Numbered from the stretch's first letter, positions 12,651-25,228 are shown. The stretch is 57,028 bases of DNA from Octopus bimaculoides (GCF_001194135.2 NC_068987.1:87037747-87094774); one strand, 5' to 3'. The notes: generated by a model from the letters alone, not told the origin. Made by a program: numbers and translations.

Positions 12651-14616
12651 TTCACCTCTTGCAACCCCTCCACTTCACCCAATCTCATCATCGTGCTTTT
12701 GTTCTGAACACTGTAATTTGTTTCCTTGTTTTCTAATTATTTTTAATCAACCACACACGCATTTTCCTATTATCACTTTTCCGTTTTCACATTTTTCAAC
12801 GAAATGAAGTTACTTGAAAGCAACTTCTCAATATAAAAATATTTGCTTTCAATTATTTATGATTTAACAGTTCTTTTTCCATAATAAACTTGTTATATAA
12901 TCTCTCCAGTAGAACTTGACATGTTTTCTTAATAATGATGGCTTCATTGTATTTCCTTTCAATATTTCCTACACTTTATATGCTTTCGGTTTCAGAAACT
13001 GATTAACGACTTTACTTTTTAAAGCAATTTTTACATAGGAATATATTCATTTAGCGAAGCATAGCTGTTAAATTTTGTGGATATTAAGATATAAAATTTT
13101 AATGCTGTATTCGTTAAAATTTTATGTCTTCTAATAAATCTGCACATTATTAGAGTTAAGTTTTAAATATGTATCTATTATTTTTACATATTCACCTAAA
13201 ACGAATGAATAACGGTTACCTGAGGCGTGTCTAGATTTAGTATTTTAAATTTTTATGCGTAGCATCATAAAATGTTATAAAATCTGATAGATCATTGCTC
13301 ATACATCTCTTACATTTAATCCTAACATTTCAAATAGGGAGTACTTTGAATTAATTACTTCAAATCTAAATTATTTTGGAAGATTTCGTTTTATTACAAC
13401 GATTACTTCAACGTTTCTCCGGTTGACAAAGAAGAAATTTTGTTGCTGATTTTCAAAACGGTTTCGGTTTTTCAGCAATGCATATACCATTTAACTTTAG
13501 AAAGTTTTAATATCTTACATAATTATATTTGAAACATTATATGTTTTTCTTAATATTTAACCAGCTCATTGGCATTCAATCATTTAATCAGAGTGCCTCC
13601 TATCCGTTCTGCTTTGTTTGTGGCATTTTTACAACTAAAACACAACAAACTCTCTCAGCGAATGTTATAAAATTATAACAGATAAAACTGGATTATCCCT
13701 TTGATTATCTTGACGACACGCATTGACTATCATCTAAAATGTTCGTCGTTGTTCCAACCATCGTAGCCTTAAAAGAAAATAGTAATATTTACAAGGTCCC
13801 ACAATTTTCCTAATAAAAATCCAAAAGTAGCTAACATGTGGTCAAACTATAAATGAAAAAATCTCCGATAGAATTTGAATGATCTGTTAAAGGTTAATCA
13901 TCACGCTTTATTCATCTCAACGACATCTACCAATTACATTTGATTACACAAGCATTTCTATCAACAAAAGCAAGAAGATCTTATTTGCCTTCATAGGCAA
14001 ATAAAAAAAAACTTAAATAGAAAAAATTGTTTCACGATGTTTGTTCCTCATTGATGTGTGGAATTCTCATTGAAATATAGCTGAGTTAAACTTCATTCTA
14101 AATATATCATTCATTCTGTTCAAGAAACTGATTTCTATATGCTATGTGTGCTTCTATTAACTATCGAAGTAAACATAATTCTTAAAACCAGCAATTGGTA
14201 CCCACTGACACGTAAGGTCTAGACTAGAAATATGAACGAATTGTTCTCTAGGCATTCACATTGCCAAGTAACACGGTATCGTTGCCGTGGTTATGAAGAC
14301 AAATAATTGTGATAATGTAATACCAAGCTAAACTTGAGAGTTGATATGTTTTCGATAGACGATAAAAATGAATGAATCACTGAATGAATAAAATCTTATT
14401 ATCTGTCAGTCATTACATTGATGCGAAGATGGATGAAGACAAATATATACTTAACACGAATAGATTTTATGTCAATTGAAAAAAAAAAAAGAAAACCGAA
14501 CGAGAGGAGTATCAATTTACGTTATTTGATTCTCTCTGTAGGAAGGTCATAGTAACAAGGACGTGTCCAAATTAGGATTAAATATATTTATTTTATTACG
14601 TTTCTTATTAACTTAC

Positions 14617-14647
14617 AACATATATACTTTTAAATATTCTCGTATTC
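14617..14647 (-). CDS. Candidate 31-nt micro-exon
   Basis: TTCGTTATTTTTTAG acceptor and GTAAGT donor; open in two phases (GIREYLKVYM or NTRIFKSIYV). Confidence 0.2.
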
Positions 14648-15336
14648 CTAAAAAATAACGAAAATTTCAGATGTAATTGTCTGGGAAGTAACTTATCATT
14701 GAAGCCCAGACTATGTGTACTCCTATAATACTGGGCAACAAGAACAATTGTAATGCTATTTAAACATTTTCAGCTGATTTAGGGTAATTTTAGTGGCCTG
14801 AACATCAGTTTTCAGACAGCACGTGTAGTTTTTTAGTTATTCACAGCATCAGATTTTCCAACCAATTGATAATATTAACAAAGTATCAGGCTATTTGCTT
14901 TCGATTTTCATTCATACACTCATCATTAAAACAAACATAAGTGCTGATAGAGGCAAATGTAGGCTACTTGTTAAATTGCTACAGAAAATGAGAATTTATT
15001 TTACTTTGTTATCGCTGTAATTATAGTAAAGTTCTCCTCACAGTAGGCTATTGATATTAGGCTATAGTAAGCCACTCAGACTCCTTTTTCTTGATAACTG
15101 CTACTACTGTCAAAACAAAGTACATCAAATAAGAGAGCTAGGTTATATGAAAAGTAGTTTAATAGTAAGTTTAGCCATTTATTGGTGATCCATGTTTGAA
15201 ATTTAGAGATGGTAAAATTTGTTTCGTGATAGCCATAGCTTCAGTATATTCTATTATAATTTCAATGATTTTGTTTTGAGAAATATATTTTGATGTTTTA
15301 CAGTAGCATTTACAGTTGATTAATTTTATATTTTAA

Positions 15337-15600
15337 AGTGTTTCAGCTGCAAAGCTGCAGTCATGCTGGAGCACCACCATTGACTAAGCTACACCATTAT
15401 TTGGAACCTTCTCTAATATGTGGCATTTGGTCAATGAATGAGTTTGATGCTGCTGCCCTCATCTGTGTTTTCTGCCGTGAGGTAAGCTCGCTTGGAACAC
15501 GTAACAGGAAGAGATCCAGTTTCATTTTAAAGACACTTACATCCACACCATGCAGATCTCTCAGGCATTTTGGAAGGAAATTAAATAGCTGTGGGCCTTT
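15337..15600 (-). mobile_element. CR1/L2-group LINE, 3' end of ORF2 plus 3' tail
   Basis: Minus strand GPQLFNFLPKCLRDLHGVDVSVFKMKLDLFLLRVPSELTSRQKTQMRAAASNSFIDQMP, a typical CR1/L2-group ORF2 end, followed by the tail GGTGGTGCTCCAGCATGACTGCAG...CTGAAACACTTTAAAA. Confidence 0.8.
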
Positions 15601-15815
15601 AAAGACTTATTCATTACAATTACGAATGTTTAATGTTTGAATGCTTTGAGTTAAAAAAAACTGATTTTCTTCCTTCTTTTTGTTTTACTGTCAGGTGACA
15701 TTTGGCCAGCCCTGTATATAGTCGTAGATCTTGTTTGTCTACGTTATAGACAGGAAAGAGAGTAACGTACATATCTTCAAACATATGTGCACACATATAC
15801 ATATACTTGTGTGTG

Positions 15816-15901
<86 letters not shown>

Positions 15902-16340
15902 TGTGTGCTATGTGTGTGTCTTTGTGTGTGCATGTGTGAGAACTCTAGTTATCTAATTTTTAAATATAATTTCGGCCGCACAAATATACCAGACGCCACC
16001 TGTCCCCCTGACATTCGAAGTGTGTTTGCTCACACAAAACTTGGTGGTCAGTTTTGCTTCTTTTTTTTTCCAGGCGAAGACACTAATATATACAATACAA
16101 GCATTGCAATAGGGACTTCAACAACGCTAAGTTGGCACATCGTACCAAAGTTTAATATTTGCAATTCATAAATAATTCCTCGGCTTATCACTCCATATTC
16201 AAAAATTCCCCCTAGATATAGAGCTTAGAAAGTGACTAGAATACTCACTACGATGCTCTGAATTATCAACCCGAATGTATTATAAAATAAAAACTGTTCC
16301 CAAGCGTAACTTCATCGAGATATATTATACAATTCTTCCT

Positions 16341-16538
16341 AATTTTGGCACAAGGACTGAAATTTTAAGAGGAATGAGTGAAGTCGATTAGATTGCCTCT
16401 TCATTTAGGAGCCCGAAATGATAGAAGGTAAAAGTGACCTAGCTTCGGCAAGATTTGAACGTAGAGCATAACGAACCGGAAATAAAGCCGGTAAGCATTT
16501 TGCCGACGCGTTAACGATACTGACAGCACGCCGCCTTA
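16341..16538 (-). mobile_element. SINE family A, old copy
   Basis: Diverged match to family A, ending in the reverse complement of AAGGCGGCG. Confidence 0.7.
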
Positions 16539-16545
16539 ACATATA

Positions 16546-16762
16546 TTGGTTTCAAACTCTGACACCAGGACAGCAATTTCGAGGAAAGGACGAAGCCGAT
16601 TACATCGTCCCCGGTCCTCAACTGGTGCTTATTTTATCTACTGCGAAAGGATAAAAAACAAAGTCGGCCTCGGCAGAATTCGAACTCAGGACGTAGTGAT
16701 AGACGACATGCCGCTAAGCATTTTGCCCGGTGTGCTAATGATTCTGTCAGCTCACCGCCTTC
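16546..16762 (-). mobile_element. SINE family A, tandem to the previous copy
   Basis: Reverse complement of family A head, core and tail. Confidence 0.85.
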
Positions 16763-17166
16763 GCCTTAGCATATACTAAACAATGATAGGCTTAATTGTG
16801 TTTTCGACGTCTCATTTTGTTAAAACACACACTCCTTTAGTCAAATCCTCAACGTAAATGCGATTGTTCATTATTGTGTAAAATATGACGAATTATAGAT
16901 TTTAGTCTTCTCAGAATAAAACTAAGACACTTTAAGTGTAGCAGAAGTAGTAATATAATCATTGATTTTTCTGTTTTGGTAGAACATGTAGCTTCGTTCT
17001 AAACAATTTCTCGTGATGATGGTCAACAAGCGGTTGGGAAAGAAAATGGAGTGGTGTAGTTAGGCGTCGGGGAAGTGGAGAGTTTTCAGCTACTCACTTA
17101 TTCGTTCATTTTTACATCATTTTTAAGCATTTTTTTCATTTATGATTTTATGAAAAGAAACTATAT

Positions 17167-17290
17167 GTGAAGGTGTGTGGCCTAGTTGGTAAGAGATTAC
17201 GCTCATAGTCGTTATATCATGGGATCGATTCCGAACCTGGAGGGGTATTACCTACGTGAGCAAAACACTTCCTTTCACGTTCTTCCAGTG
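17167..17290 (+). mobile_element. SINE family C, head only
   Basis: GTGAAGGTGTGTGGCCTAGTTGGTAAG head and GAGCAAAACACTT..TTTCACGTT CORE-like segment. Confidence 0.65.
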
Positions 17291-17865
17291 ATGCACGGAG
17301 ACAGGCAAATCAAAAGACTATACCCAAACTTTTCACCTGCGTGCCTTGCCGCGTAAGATTTGTACTCTCACCTTGTAAATCCCTCAACAACAACGACTAC
17401 TCAAACAGACCTGAGTGGTGTAAAGGTGTCATCCGCAAGGAGTAAAGGAATTCCCAACAAATGGTGGGTGTAACGACCTGCTGTGACAGCAAATCCTCCA
17501 CCCCACCCCATACTACTGCTGCTGTATACGGTACACTTAGAGAGTTGTAAGGTCAAAATTTCGCTTTGCACCCCCGCGGTTTTAGGTTCGGTCCCGCTGC
17601 GTGACCCCTTGACAATTGTTTTCTACTAAAGCCGCGAGTCGACCGTTGCTTTGTGAGGGGATTTCTTTTTTAATGCTCAATAAAAGCTTATACAGAACTA
17701 ATCAACAACAGTAACAACGGTGACATGAAAAATTAAGCCCCAATATATCAATACTAACAGCATTAACGCATTTCTACTGCAAACATAGACAGAACCTGAG
17801 TGTAAGTGCCCCGTGCACGTGCGCGTGTTTGTGTGCGTGTGTGTGTGCATGTGTGTATTATTCTG

Positions 17866-18085
17866 TTATTCTTTTATTCTTTTACTTGTTTCAGCCATTT
17901 CACTGCCGACATCTTAAGGGGTTTTTAGCCGACAAAATCGACACCGAGACTTATTCCTTGTAAGCGTAGTACTTATTCTATCGCTCTCTTTTGCCGAACA
18001 GCTACGATACGGGGATGTAAACACACCAACATCAGTTGTCAAGCGATATTAGAGGCGGGGACAAACACACAAATATGTACATACA
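17866..18085 (-). mobile_element. SINE family B, 3' half
   Basis: Reverse complement of family B tail and body. Confidence 0.8.
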
Positions 18086-18087
18086 TA

Positions 18088-19338
18088 CAGTCCTGGTCAA
18101 AAGTATTAGGCCACCCCAATGTTTTGGGGTTCTACTATCTCAATGTTAATGAAACTCATGCATAATGGTGGATTATGGTATATTTCACAATATACATTAG
18201 TTTTAATATCTGATTGACCATTCTTTAGCGTCAGTTACCGCTTTTATACGGTTAGGCATTGAATCAGCAAGTTTGTGGCAGGTGCTGGGCACAATTTTAC
18301 TCCATTCTCCTCTCAGCATTTTGTACAAATGCTCTTTATTTTTAATTGTTGTGTTCCTGAGAGCTTCATGAAGAGTTCTCCATAGGTATTCGATCGGATA
18401 TAGATTGAGACATTGAGCTGACCAGTCCATGGGAACGGTAATTTGTGTCTCAAACCATTGATGAGTATTCTTTGCTGTATGACATGGAGTGTTGTCCTGT
18501 TGAAAGATAACACTGTCTTCGACACTCCTGGATGCAATTTAGCACTTGATGGCTCTAAAACATCTGATAACAAAGAAACATAGGTAGCTGAATTCATCCT
18601 TGCTTGACATAAAAATATTTCTTCGGGTCCTGTGGCAGACATGCAGGACGATCCATGATAGAGCCACCCCAACGTTTTACGATTGGTACCAGACATTCAG
18701 CCTTAAACGCTTCCCCAACTCTGCGACGAACGAAAGTTGTACCAGATGTACTGAAAATCTGGGTAAAAACATGAAAAAAATATTAGCTTTATGTTGGATA
18801 CTTTTGTATATATTTTGGGCAACAAACCAATTGCATTAAGTTTATATGTTGAGTGAATACATGTACTATCTTACCTCATAGTTACTTTCATCAGACCATA
18901 TGACTCACTGGTCCAATTGGAGTGATTTTGGGCCCACTGAAGACATTTTTCCATGTTCACTTCGGAAACCCATGGCTTCTTCTTGGCTTTACAGCCTTAA
19001 GGACCATACTCTATAAGCCTTCTTCTAACAGTTTTGGTTGATATTTGTGAAGTACTTGCCTCGTTGAGATCCGCACAGATCTCCGACAATGTTTTTCTCC
19101 TGTTTCTGAGCGGCTGATGGATGATGGATCTGTCATCAAGAGGTGATGTAACCTTTTTTCTACCGGTTCTTTATATAGTCTTCACATATTTTCTTTCTCT
19201 GAAGTGCTTGAGAGTCGTTTGCACCGCACATCGAGAACATTTCATCTTCTGAGCAATTTTCCTTTGAGACATTCCTTCTTCATGATGAGCTACGATTTGA
19301 CCTCGCTGACACTCAATCAACTCTGTTGCGCTAGGCAT
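18088..19338 (-). mobile_element. Tc1-family (DD34E) transposon with decayed, intron-containing transposase
   Basis: TA+CAGTCCTGGTCAAAAGTATTAGGCCACC terminal repeat at 18088. Minus CDS 19338-18203 reads MPSATELIECQRGQIVAHHEEGMSQRKIAQKMKCSRCAV ... VIWSDESNYE|IFSTSGTTFVRRRVGE ... FQQDNTPCHTAK ... WSAQCLNLYPIEYLW. Contains stops and frameshifts; the other TIR was not found. Confidence 0.92.
18759..18874 (-). other. 116-nt spliceosomal intron in the Tc1 transposase
   Basis: GAG|GTAAGA donor and TTTTTTTCATGTTTTTACCCAG|ATT acceptor; removal joins WSDESNYE to IFSTSG in frame (phase 0). Confidence 0.85.
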
Positions 19339-20408
19339 TTTACTGTTTATTAACTGTATCTACAACGTAGATAAACTCTGAAATAAAATAATCAAGGAAA
19401 CATAAGTTAATTTTGGACGTTAGTTTTACTCATAATTGGTTTCATATATACAGTACAGTATAAAAGCGGTAATTGATGCTTTAAGAGGGTCAACCAGATA
19501 TTAAAACTAATGTNNNNNNNNNNNNNNNNNNNNNNNNNNNNNNNNNNNNNNNNNNNNNNNNNNNNNNNNNNNNNNNNNNNNNNNNNNNNNNNNNNNNNNN
19601 NNNNNNNNNNNNNGTTTCTAAGATAGAAAATAAACTTTACGTCTTCAGTAATAAAATACGTTTGATATGTCGAGGGTATTCCAAAATGGTGGACAATTGC
19701 TTTCAATTTCAACCGATATCGAAAATTATATTTCGCTTATTTATCAAACTTTGCGCCAGTGTGAAAACGTGTGAAAAGTGGTCTTAGTGAATAAATGAAA
19801 CCGACCTTAACGCTTCTAAGTCATACAAAAGAATCCTCACAGACGGAAAATTGATCGTTTCTGTCACGTGTGTTAGATTCATTTAGAAACTACCAATCAT
19901 TATCACAACAGAGAAAAGTCATCTTGAATCATCACTTCGGAATAAACTTTCCATTGCAACGCCGTTCACTCGTATTTTTAATGAATTTTGTTATGCATGG
20001 GCGAAACCTCATTTACGATGTTAAACCTATAAAACAATCATTGTTCTCCAAAATGATTTATTTTTCTCTCAGACGACCTAATAGTTATTTTCCAGGTTTC
20101 ATAGTGTTTGGAGACATAAATATACTGCAGGGGATTGTAAATTGTTCTTTTTCGTTGCTTCGTTTCATGACAGACATTTGTGTTTCTAACACGTTTCTAT
20201 GAAATACATCGATGTGTTGTTTGGAATATAACCTCAACTAATTACGTGAATGATTAGGCGCGATGGATTATTATAAATGGTAATGTGTATAAACTAACGT
20301 CGGTAATTTTGTATGATTAAGATAATAATGAGAAATGCGGACAAGACCAAGTACTTTTCATGCTATTGACTGACCAAATAAAATGTTTGCTCCATTTAAA
20401 CAGGCGGT

Positions 20409-20621
20409 AAGGTGCCGAGCTGCCAGAAACGTTAGCACGCCGGGCGAAATGCTTAGCGGTATTTCGCTTGTCTTTACGTTCTGAGTTCAAATTACGTCGA
20501 AGTCGACTATGCCTTTCATCGTTTCGGGGTCGATAAATTAAGTACCAGTTGCGTACTGGGTCGATCTAACCGACTGGCGCCCTCCCCCAAAATGTCGGGC
20601 TTTGTGCCTAGAGTAGAAAAG
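20409..20621 (+). mobile_element. SINE family A
   Basis: Full head, core and tail. Confidence 0.9.
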
Positions 20622-20811
20622 AGTTAAACAAGAGGTTTGGGTATCAAAATATTAATACCTCAGTCAGGTGTTCAAATCCGCAATGTATATATTATTATTA
20701 TTATTATTATTATTATTAAAACGCAGAGCCGACCATATTAAGTTATCTCAAGAACAAATCCATTTCGTTCCTTAATACCCTCTCCTCTTTTTTCAGATAC
20801 ACTGTCAGTTA

Positions 20812-21314
20812 TCTTTTATCTTTTACTTATTTCAGTCATTAGACTGCGGCCATGCTGCAGCACATTTTTGAAGAATTTTGGTCGAACAAACTGACCCCAG
20901 TATTATTTATATCCCTAAATCCTGGTACTTATTATATCGGTTTCTTTTGCCGAATTGCTAAGTTACGGGGACGTAAACACATCAACGCCGGTTGTCAAGT
21001 GGTGATGGGAGGGTAAACATAGACACAAGAGCACACACACACACACACACACACACATACTCATATGTATATACNNNNNNNNNNGGGAGGGTAAACATAG
21101 ACACAAGAGCACACACACACACACACACACACATACTCATATGTATATACGGCGAACTCCTTTCAGTTTTCGTCTGCCAAATCATCAAATCCACTCACAA
21201 GGCTTTGGTCGATCCGAAGCTATTGTAGAAGACACTTACCTAAGATGCCACGCCGAACCTGGAAGCTTGTGGTTGGGAAATAAACTCCTTACCACCCATC
21301 CACGCTTGCGCCTG
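20812..21314 (-). mobile_element. SINE family B
   Basis: Full-length reverse-complement copy spanning a 10-N gap. Confidence 0.9.
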
Positions 21315-21940
21315 CAATATGTCCCATTTCTTTTTAATGCAGAAGGTTGTGGTTCAGAGATTTCGATGCTCTTTGTAACAGGTCGGCCATCTGCACACAC
21401 GCATTTTTTTCCGGTTTTGTTTTCGTTTGTGTTTTTGTTTTGTTAATGTCATTTAATTCCAAAGCGTGTTAGGTTGTCTCGCCTATTTATTAGGAAAGTA
21501 AGTACCAGATTTTCTTGGATAAGATATCTGCCATAGTCAAGTGTTTTCACCAGAGAATAATTATTCGCCCGTCACTCAAATGACACTACTAATAAATCTA
21601 ATTATTGCCGGTATTTAATTTAGATGTAAAAAATAAATTACTGTTACCTGATGAAAATGAAACGTGCTAAGTTAATTTTTAATAATAAGCTGTTAAAATA
21701 ACTAATTATCTGAATCTGTTAACAGCGAGTTATAATTGCCATAAAATTATTAGAAGTTGTAGAGAGTGGAACTCATACGCATTGCAAACTATCATGACAC
21801 AGGTATGGATGTGTGGTTTGGATGTTTGTGCTTCGACTTCTTCATTCTGGATTCAATCTAATTATCAGACACCTTGGGCACGTGTCTCCTGTAGCACTAA
21901 TATGTCCAATTATAAATAATTATTTATGATTGAAATTTAT

Positions 21941-22102
21941 TGGCTGTGTGGTAAGTAGCTTGCTTACCAACCACATGGTCCCGGGTTCAGTCCCACTGCG
22001 TGGCATCTTGGGCGAGTGTCTTCTACTATAGCCTCGGGCCGACCAAAGCCTTGTGAGTGGATTTGGTAGACGGAAACTGAAAGAAGCCCGTCGTATATAT
22101 AT

Positions 22103-22136
<34 letters not shown>

Positions 22137-22340
22137 ATGTGTTTGTGTGTCTGTGTTTGTCCCCCCAACATCGCTTGACAACCGATGCTGGTGTGTTTAT
22201 ATCCCCGTAACTTAGCGGTTCGGCAAAAAGACCGATAGGCTTCTAAATAATAAGTCCTGGGGTCGATTTGCTCGACCAAAGGCGGTGCTCCAGCATGGCC
22301 ACAGTCAAAAGACTGAAACATGTAAAAGAGTAAAAGAGTA
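21941..22340 (+). mobile_element. SINE family B (Meta-domain-like), young copy
   Basis: TGGCTGTGTGGTAAGTAG head, GGTTCAGTCCC B-box-like motif, GGCCGACCAAAGCCTTGTGAGTGGATTTGGTAGACGGAAACTGAAAGAAGCCCGTCG domain, internal (TA)(TG) tract, tail. Confidence 0.93.
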
Positions 22341-22724
22341 TTTACAAATCCGACAGTTATATACACCACTGATATATTTCCAGCATTTCACCATAGGTAA
22401 TAAGAATATTCTCTAGCGCTGATAGTAAAAGAAATGGTAGCTTGCAGACTAGCAATTAATGATAGATTTAAGCGAAGATCACATTAGTTTTAAATATCAT
22501 AAAGATATTTCGTTCAATAAATCCGGAGGAAATTGAGGTAGGTTGGGTTAGTAAAACTATTTCAGATTCACATATCATTTCTGTCACGTTAGGCAATTTT
22601 CGCTATTTTTCGCTAATTCATTTGGAATTAAATATTGCATCTCCGAATAGTTTACACAGCTATGGAATCATAGAGTGGAGACGATACTTCTGAACTTATA
22701 GGATTATATATTTTAAAGTTGTAG

Positions 22725-22764
22725 GGAAAGAGTTCAGTCTCTACCATGATGAGAGACGTGTCTG
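22725..22764 (+). CDS. Candidate 40-nt exon
   Basis: GTTGTAG acceptor and TG|GTAAAT donor; joins in frame to 23083-23123 as KEFSLYHDERRVCLKDCLETQRKRMI. No homology recognised. Confidence 0.25.
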
Positions 22765-23082
22765 GTAAATACGTACATATAACGAGCACTGCTAGCAGTT
22801 GATAAATATATTCAAGTTATATTTAGAGATTGCAACAGACAACAGCTTAATTGTAATAAATGTCTTAGCTATATTTACAGATTTAGGTCATGATAAATGT
22901 CGTTTTCATCTAGAACTCAGAAACTGCAATATTAACAAATATTTTCACTTTTACTCAATAATTTGTAAATATTTAATAACGTTGGTAAACACATATGCAA
23001 AATATCTTGTAATGGGGAATCCTTTAACAATACTGCTCATTTTTACAATTTTATTAAATTAAACAAGTCATGTGTATTCCAG

Positions 23083-23123
23083 TCTGAAGGATTGCTTGGA
23101 GACACAGAGAAAAAGAATGATAG
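23083..23123 (+). CDS. Candidate 41-nt exon
   Basis: TGTGTATTCCAG acceptor and consensus AG|GTAAGT donor; open in two phases. Confidence 0.3.
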
Positions 23124-23194
23124 GTAAGTCTGCTGAATTATGGTTGGAACTAAACTATTAGTTGCTCACATTTAAATACTATGCTTACTAAATG

Positions 23195-23236
<42 letters not shown>

Positions 23237-24906
23237 CCATCATAGAGTAAGACGCCATTCCACTTCAGATTTCGGATATGTCTAGGGAATAAATGATTAT
23301 AATATTATAATATTAACAATTATAAAATCAATTCGTCCATTGTTTTGTTGAAGACGCTGGGTGTGATCTCTTGCGGCCGAAAAAGTATAATATTCTGTAA
23401 TTTTGAATAAAATTTCGGAATTGGAATCCTGCAGATAATTCCATTGCAATTTATTGAAGATTTTCTATGAATTGACTTAACTAATTTACTTCCTGCTTAA
23501 TGTAATTTGATTATACTGAAACTGAATAATCTTAAGCCACCTCATTTACCTACATGCACTCTGTGGATATGTTAGCAATTACATAGAAATATTTTACTTT
23601 CGTGTATACATATATCATATAGTTAATTATCCCCCTTCTCCCATCCCATCATACTCAGTATTCCTAAAGGAAACTTTACTGTTACTTGTTACTGAACAAG
23701 ACTTTTCGTGAACCAAGGGCATTCTGTCATTTTAAGACCAAATCAAATGAGCCGAGTCAAAACTCTTCTGCAAATCATGTGGTACTGGAATAACAAGCGC
23801 TCAGCTATAAGTGACGGAAAGGAAATTTAAAAACTGAATGTGTTTTAGCCCAATTACACATAAGTTGAGCCTTTAAAAATCATCTTGAAAACTAGAATTA
23901 GATATATCGTAGCTTTACCAGTTTCCACCTACGGTACTATGTCACGAATATTGGGAAAGACAATTGCTGACGATATTGACCAGTACGTCTCTGATACCCT
24001 ATTTTCGAAATGTTGGAAGACTCCAATGTCATTTACAATTAGAACATCTTCAATATCGCATTTAAATGCCAAATTCCAATGTCCAATGCTCTACAGATTT
24101 CATTACCAATCGGAACTAATTTACCGAATAATATTACTAACCAGTAAATAGATATTTAGAAATAATTGTTTAAAGAGCTGGAGCAAAGTTTCAAACTGCA
24201 AAGTTTCAAATATTTTAAATTGCTCAAAATTATTATTTCCAAATCAAATTAATTTATATTTCTGTCGCAATTCAATTTGGTCTTTGCTGCTCTTAACTCA
24301 AATTTCAAGAGAAAGATATCGAAATTAATACGGTGAAACACCCAAAAATTATACAATGTAAATTCAGAATAATATGATAGTGTAACATTTTATTTTATAT
24401 TTTTATATTTAACCACTCAATAGTAATAACAGAATATTACGCCAGAGAAATAAATTAAAATATTTCTTTCAATAAATTTTCCTTAAAATACAATTTTGCT
24501 AGAACAATTTAATTCGCTTAAATTCCCCGTGTTGAGTAACATAATAGATTAAAAGAAATAATCTACAGAAACAAAACAAAGAAGCGACGCTCATAAATAA
24601 AGAGCACGGGTGCAGAAAAATATAATAATAATTTCTCTGTGAAAAACTGAGATAAAATAATTCCACTAAACAGAAGATTAAAACTAACAACTTGAAGTTT
24701 GCAGAGTCGTTGCTCTATAATACGGTTTAAGACTAAAGATGCATTGTATGTGTATTAGAAGATACAAACACAATGTATATGTAGAATAAAATTTTAATGT
24801 GTTGTGTATTATTGATTCGTGAGACTTTACAGATTTTTCTGGAAACACATTTTGAAATGTTACATTTTTCCAGGGCTGCTGCGTTTTATTATCATTCCTT
24901 TCAATC

Positions 24907-25016
24907 TTAATCCATTGTGCAGAATGTTTCAACAGAATATTTTTGTACCAAATTTTGTCCCAACATGTTTGCATCACAATTGATGTCATTTTGTGTTTTC
25001 CTTCTTCTTGAGTCCA
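24907..25016 (-). CDS. Candidate 3'-terminal coding exon (xDSRRRKTQNDINCDANMLGQNLVQKYSVETFCTMD*)
   Basis: Strong acceptor TTTCCTTTTTTATTATTTAG; homologous to 25292-25401 with the same phase and the same acceptor-to-stop length. Confidence 0.4.
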
Positions 25017-25135
25017 CTAAATAATAAAAAAGGAAATATATACAACCGAAAAAAAATTATTGTAAGACCGATATTTGTTTGAAAATTAGAATGGTGATGT
25101 TCTTATAAAAAGTTTATGTTCACTAACTTTATTAG

Positions 25136-25228
25136 AAAAATATCACATCAATAAGTAAAGAAGATGTTCTAGACGTGAAAGAACGATTTGAAAATATATC
25201 AGAGGCGTCATACAAGATCAGACACTGC
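25136..25228 (+). CDS. Candidate 93-nt exon (KNITSISKEDVLDVKERFENISEASYKIRHC)
   Basis: CACTAAC branch-like motif, TTATTAG acceptor, GTAAAG donor; only phase 0 is open. Could instead be a transposase relic. Confidence 0.25.

Noticed and set aside
12392-12736. Poly-Asp, poly-Ile and His-rich ORFs
   Set aside because: Translations of trinucleotide microsatellites with no splice or start support.
21007-21150. Direct duplication of about 67 bp across a 10-N gap (also 48512-48581)
   Set aside because: Typical unmerged contig overlap; an assembly artefact.
21640-21672. CTGATGA-AAAT-GAAAC-GTG hammerhead-like spacing (also CTGATGA-ATA-GAAA-GTC near 49576)
   Set aside because: No helix II. The first has G at the cleavage position and the second lacks helix III; compatible with chance.
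23885-24151. 88-aa ORF possibly related to a LINE
   Set aside because: No diagnostic motif on either strand.
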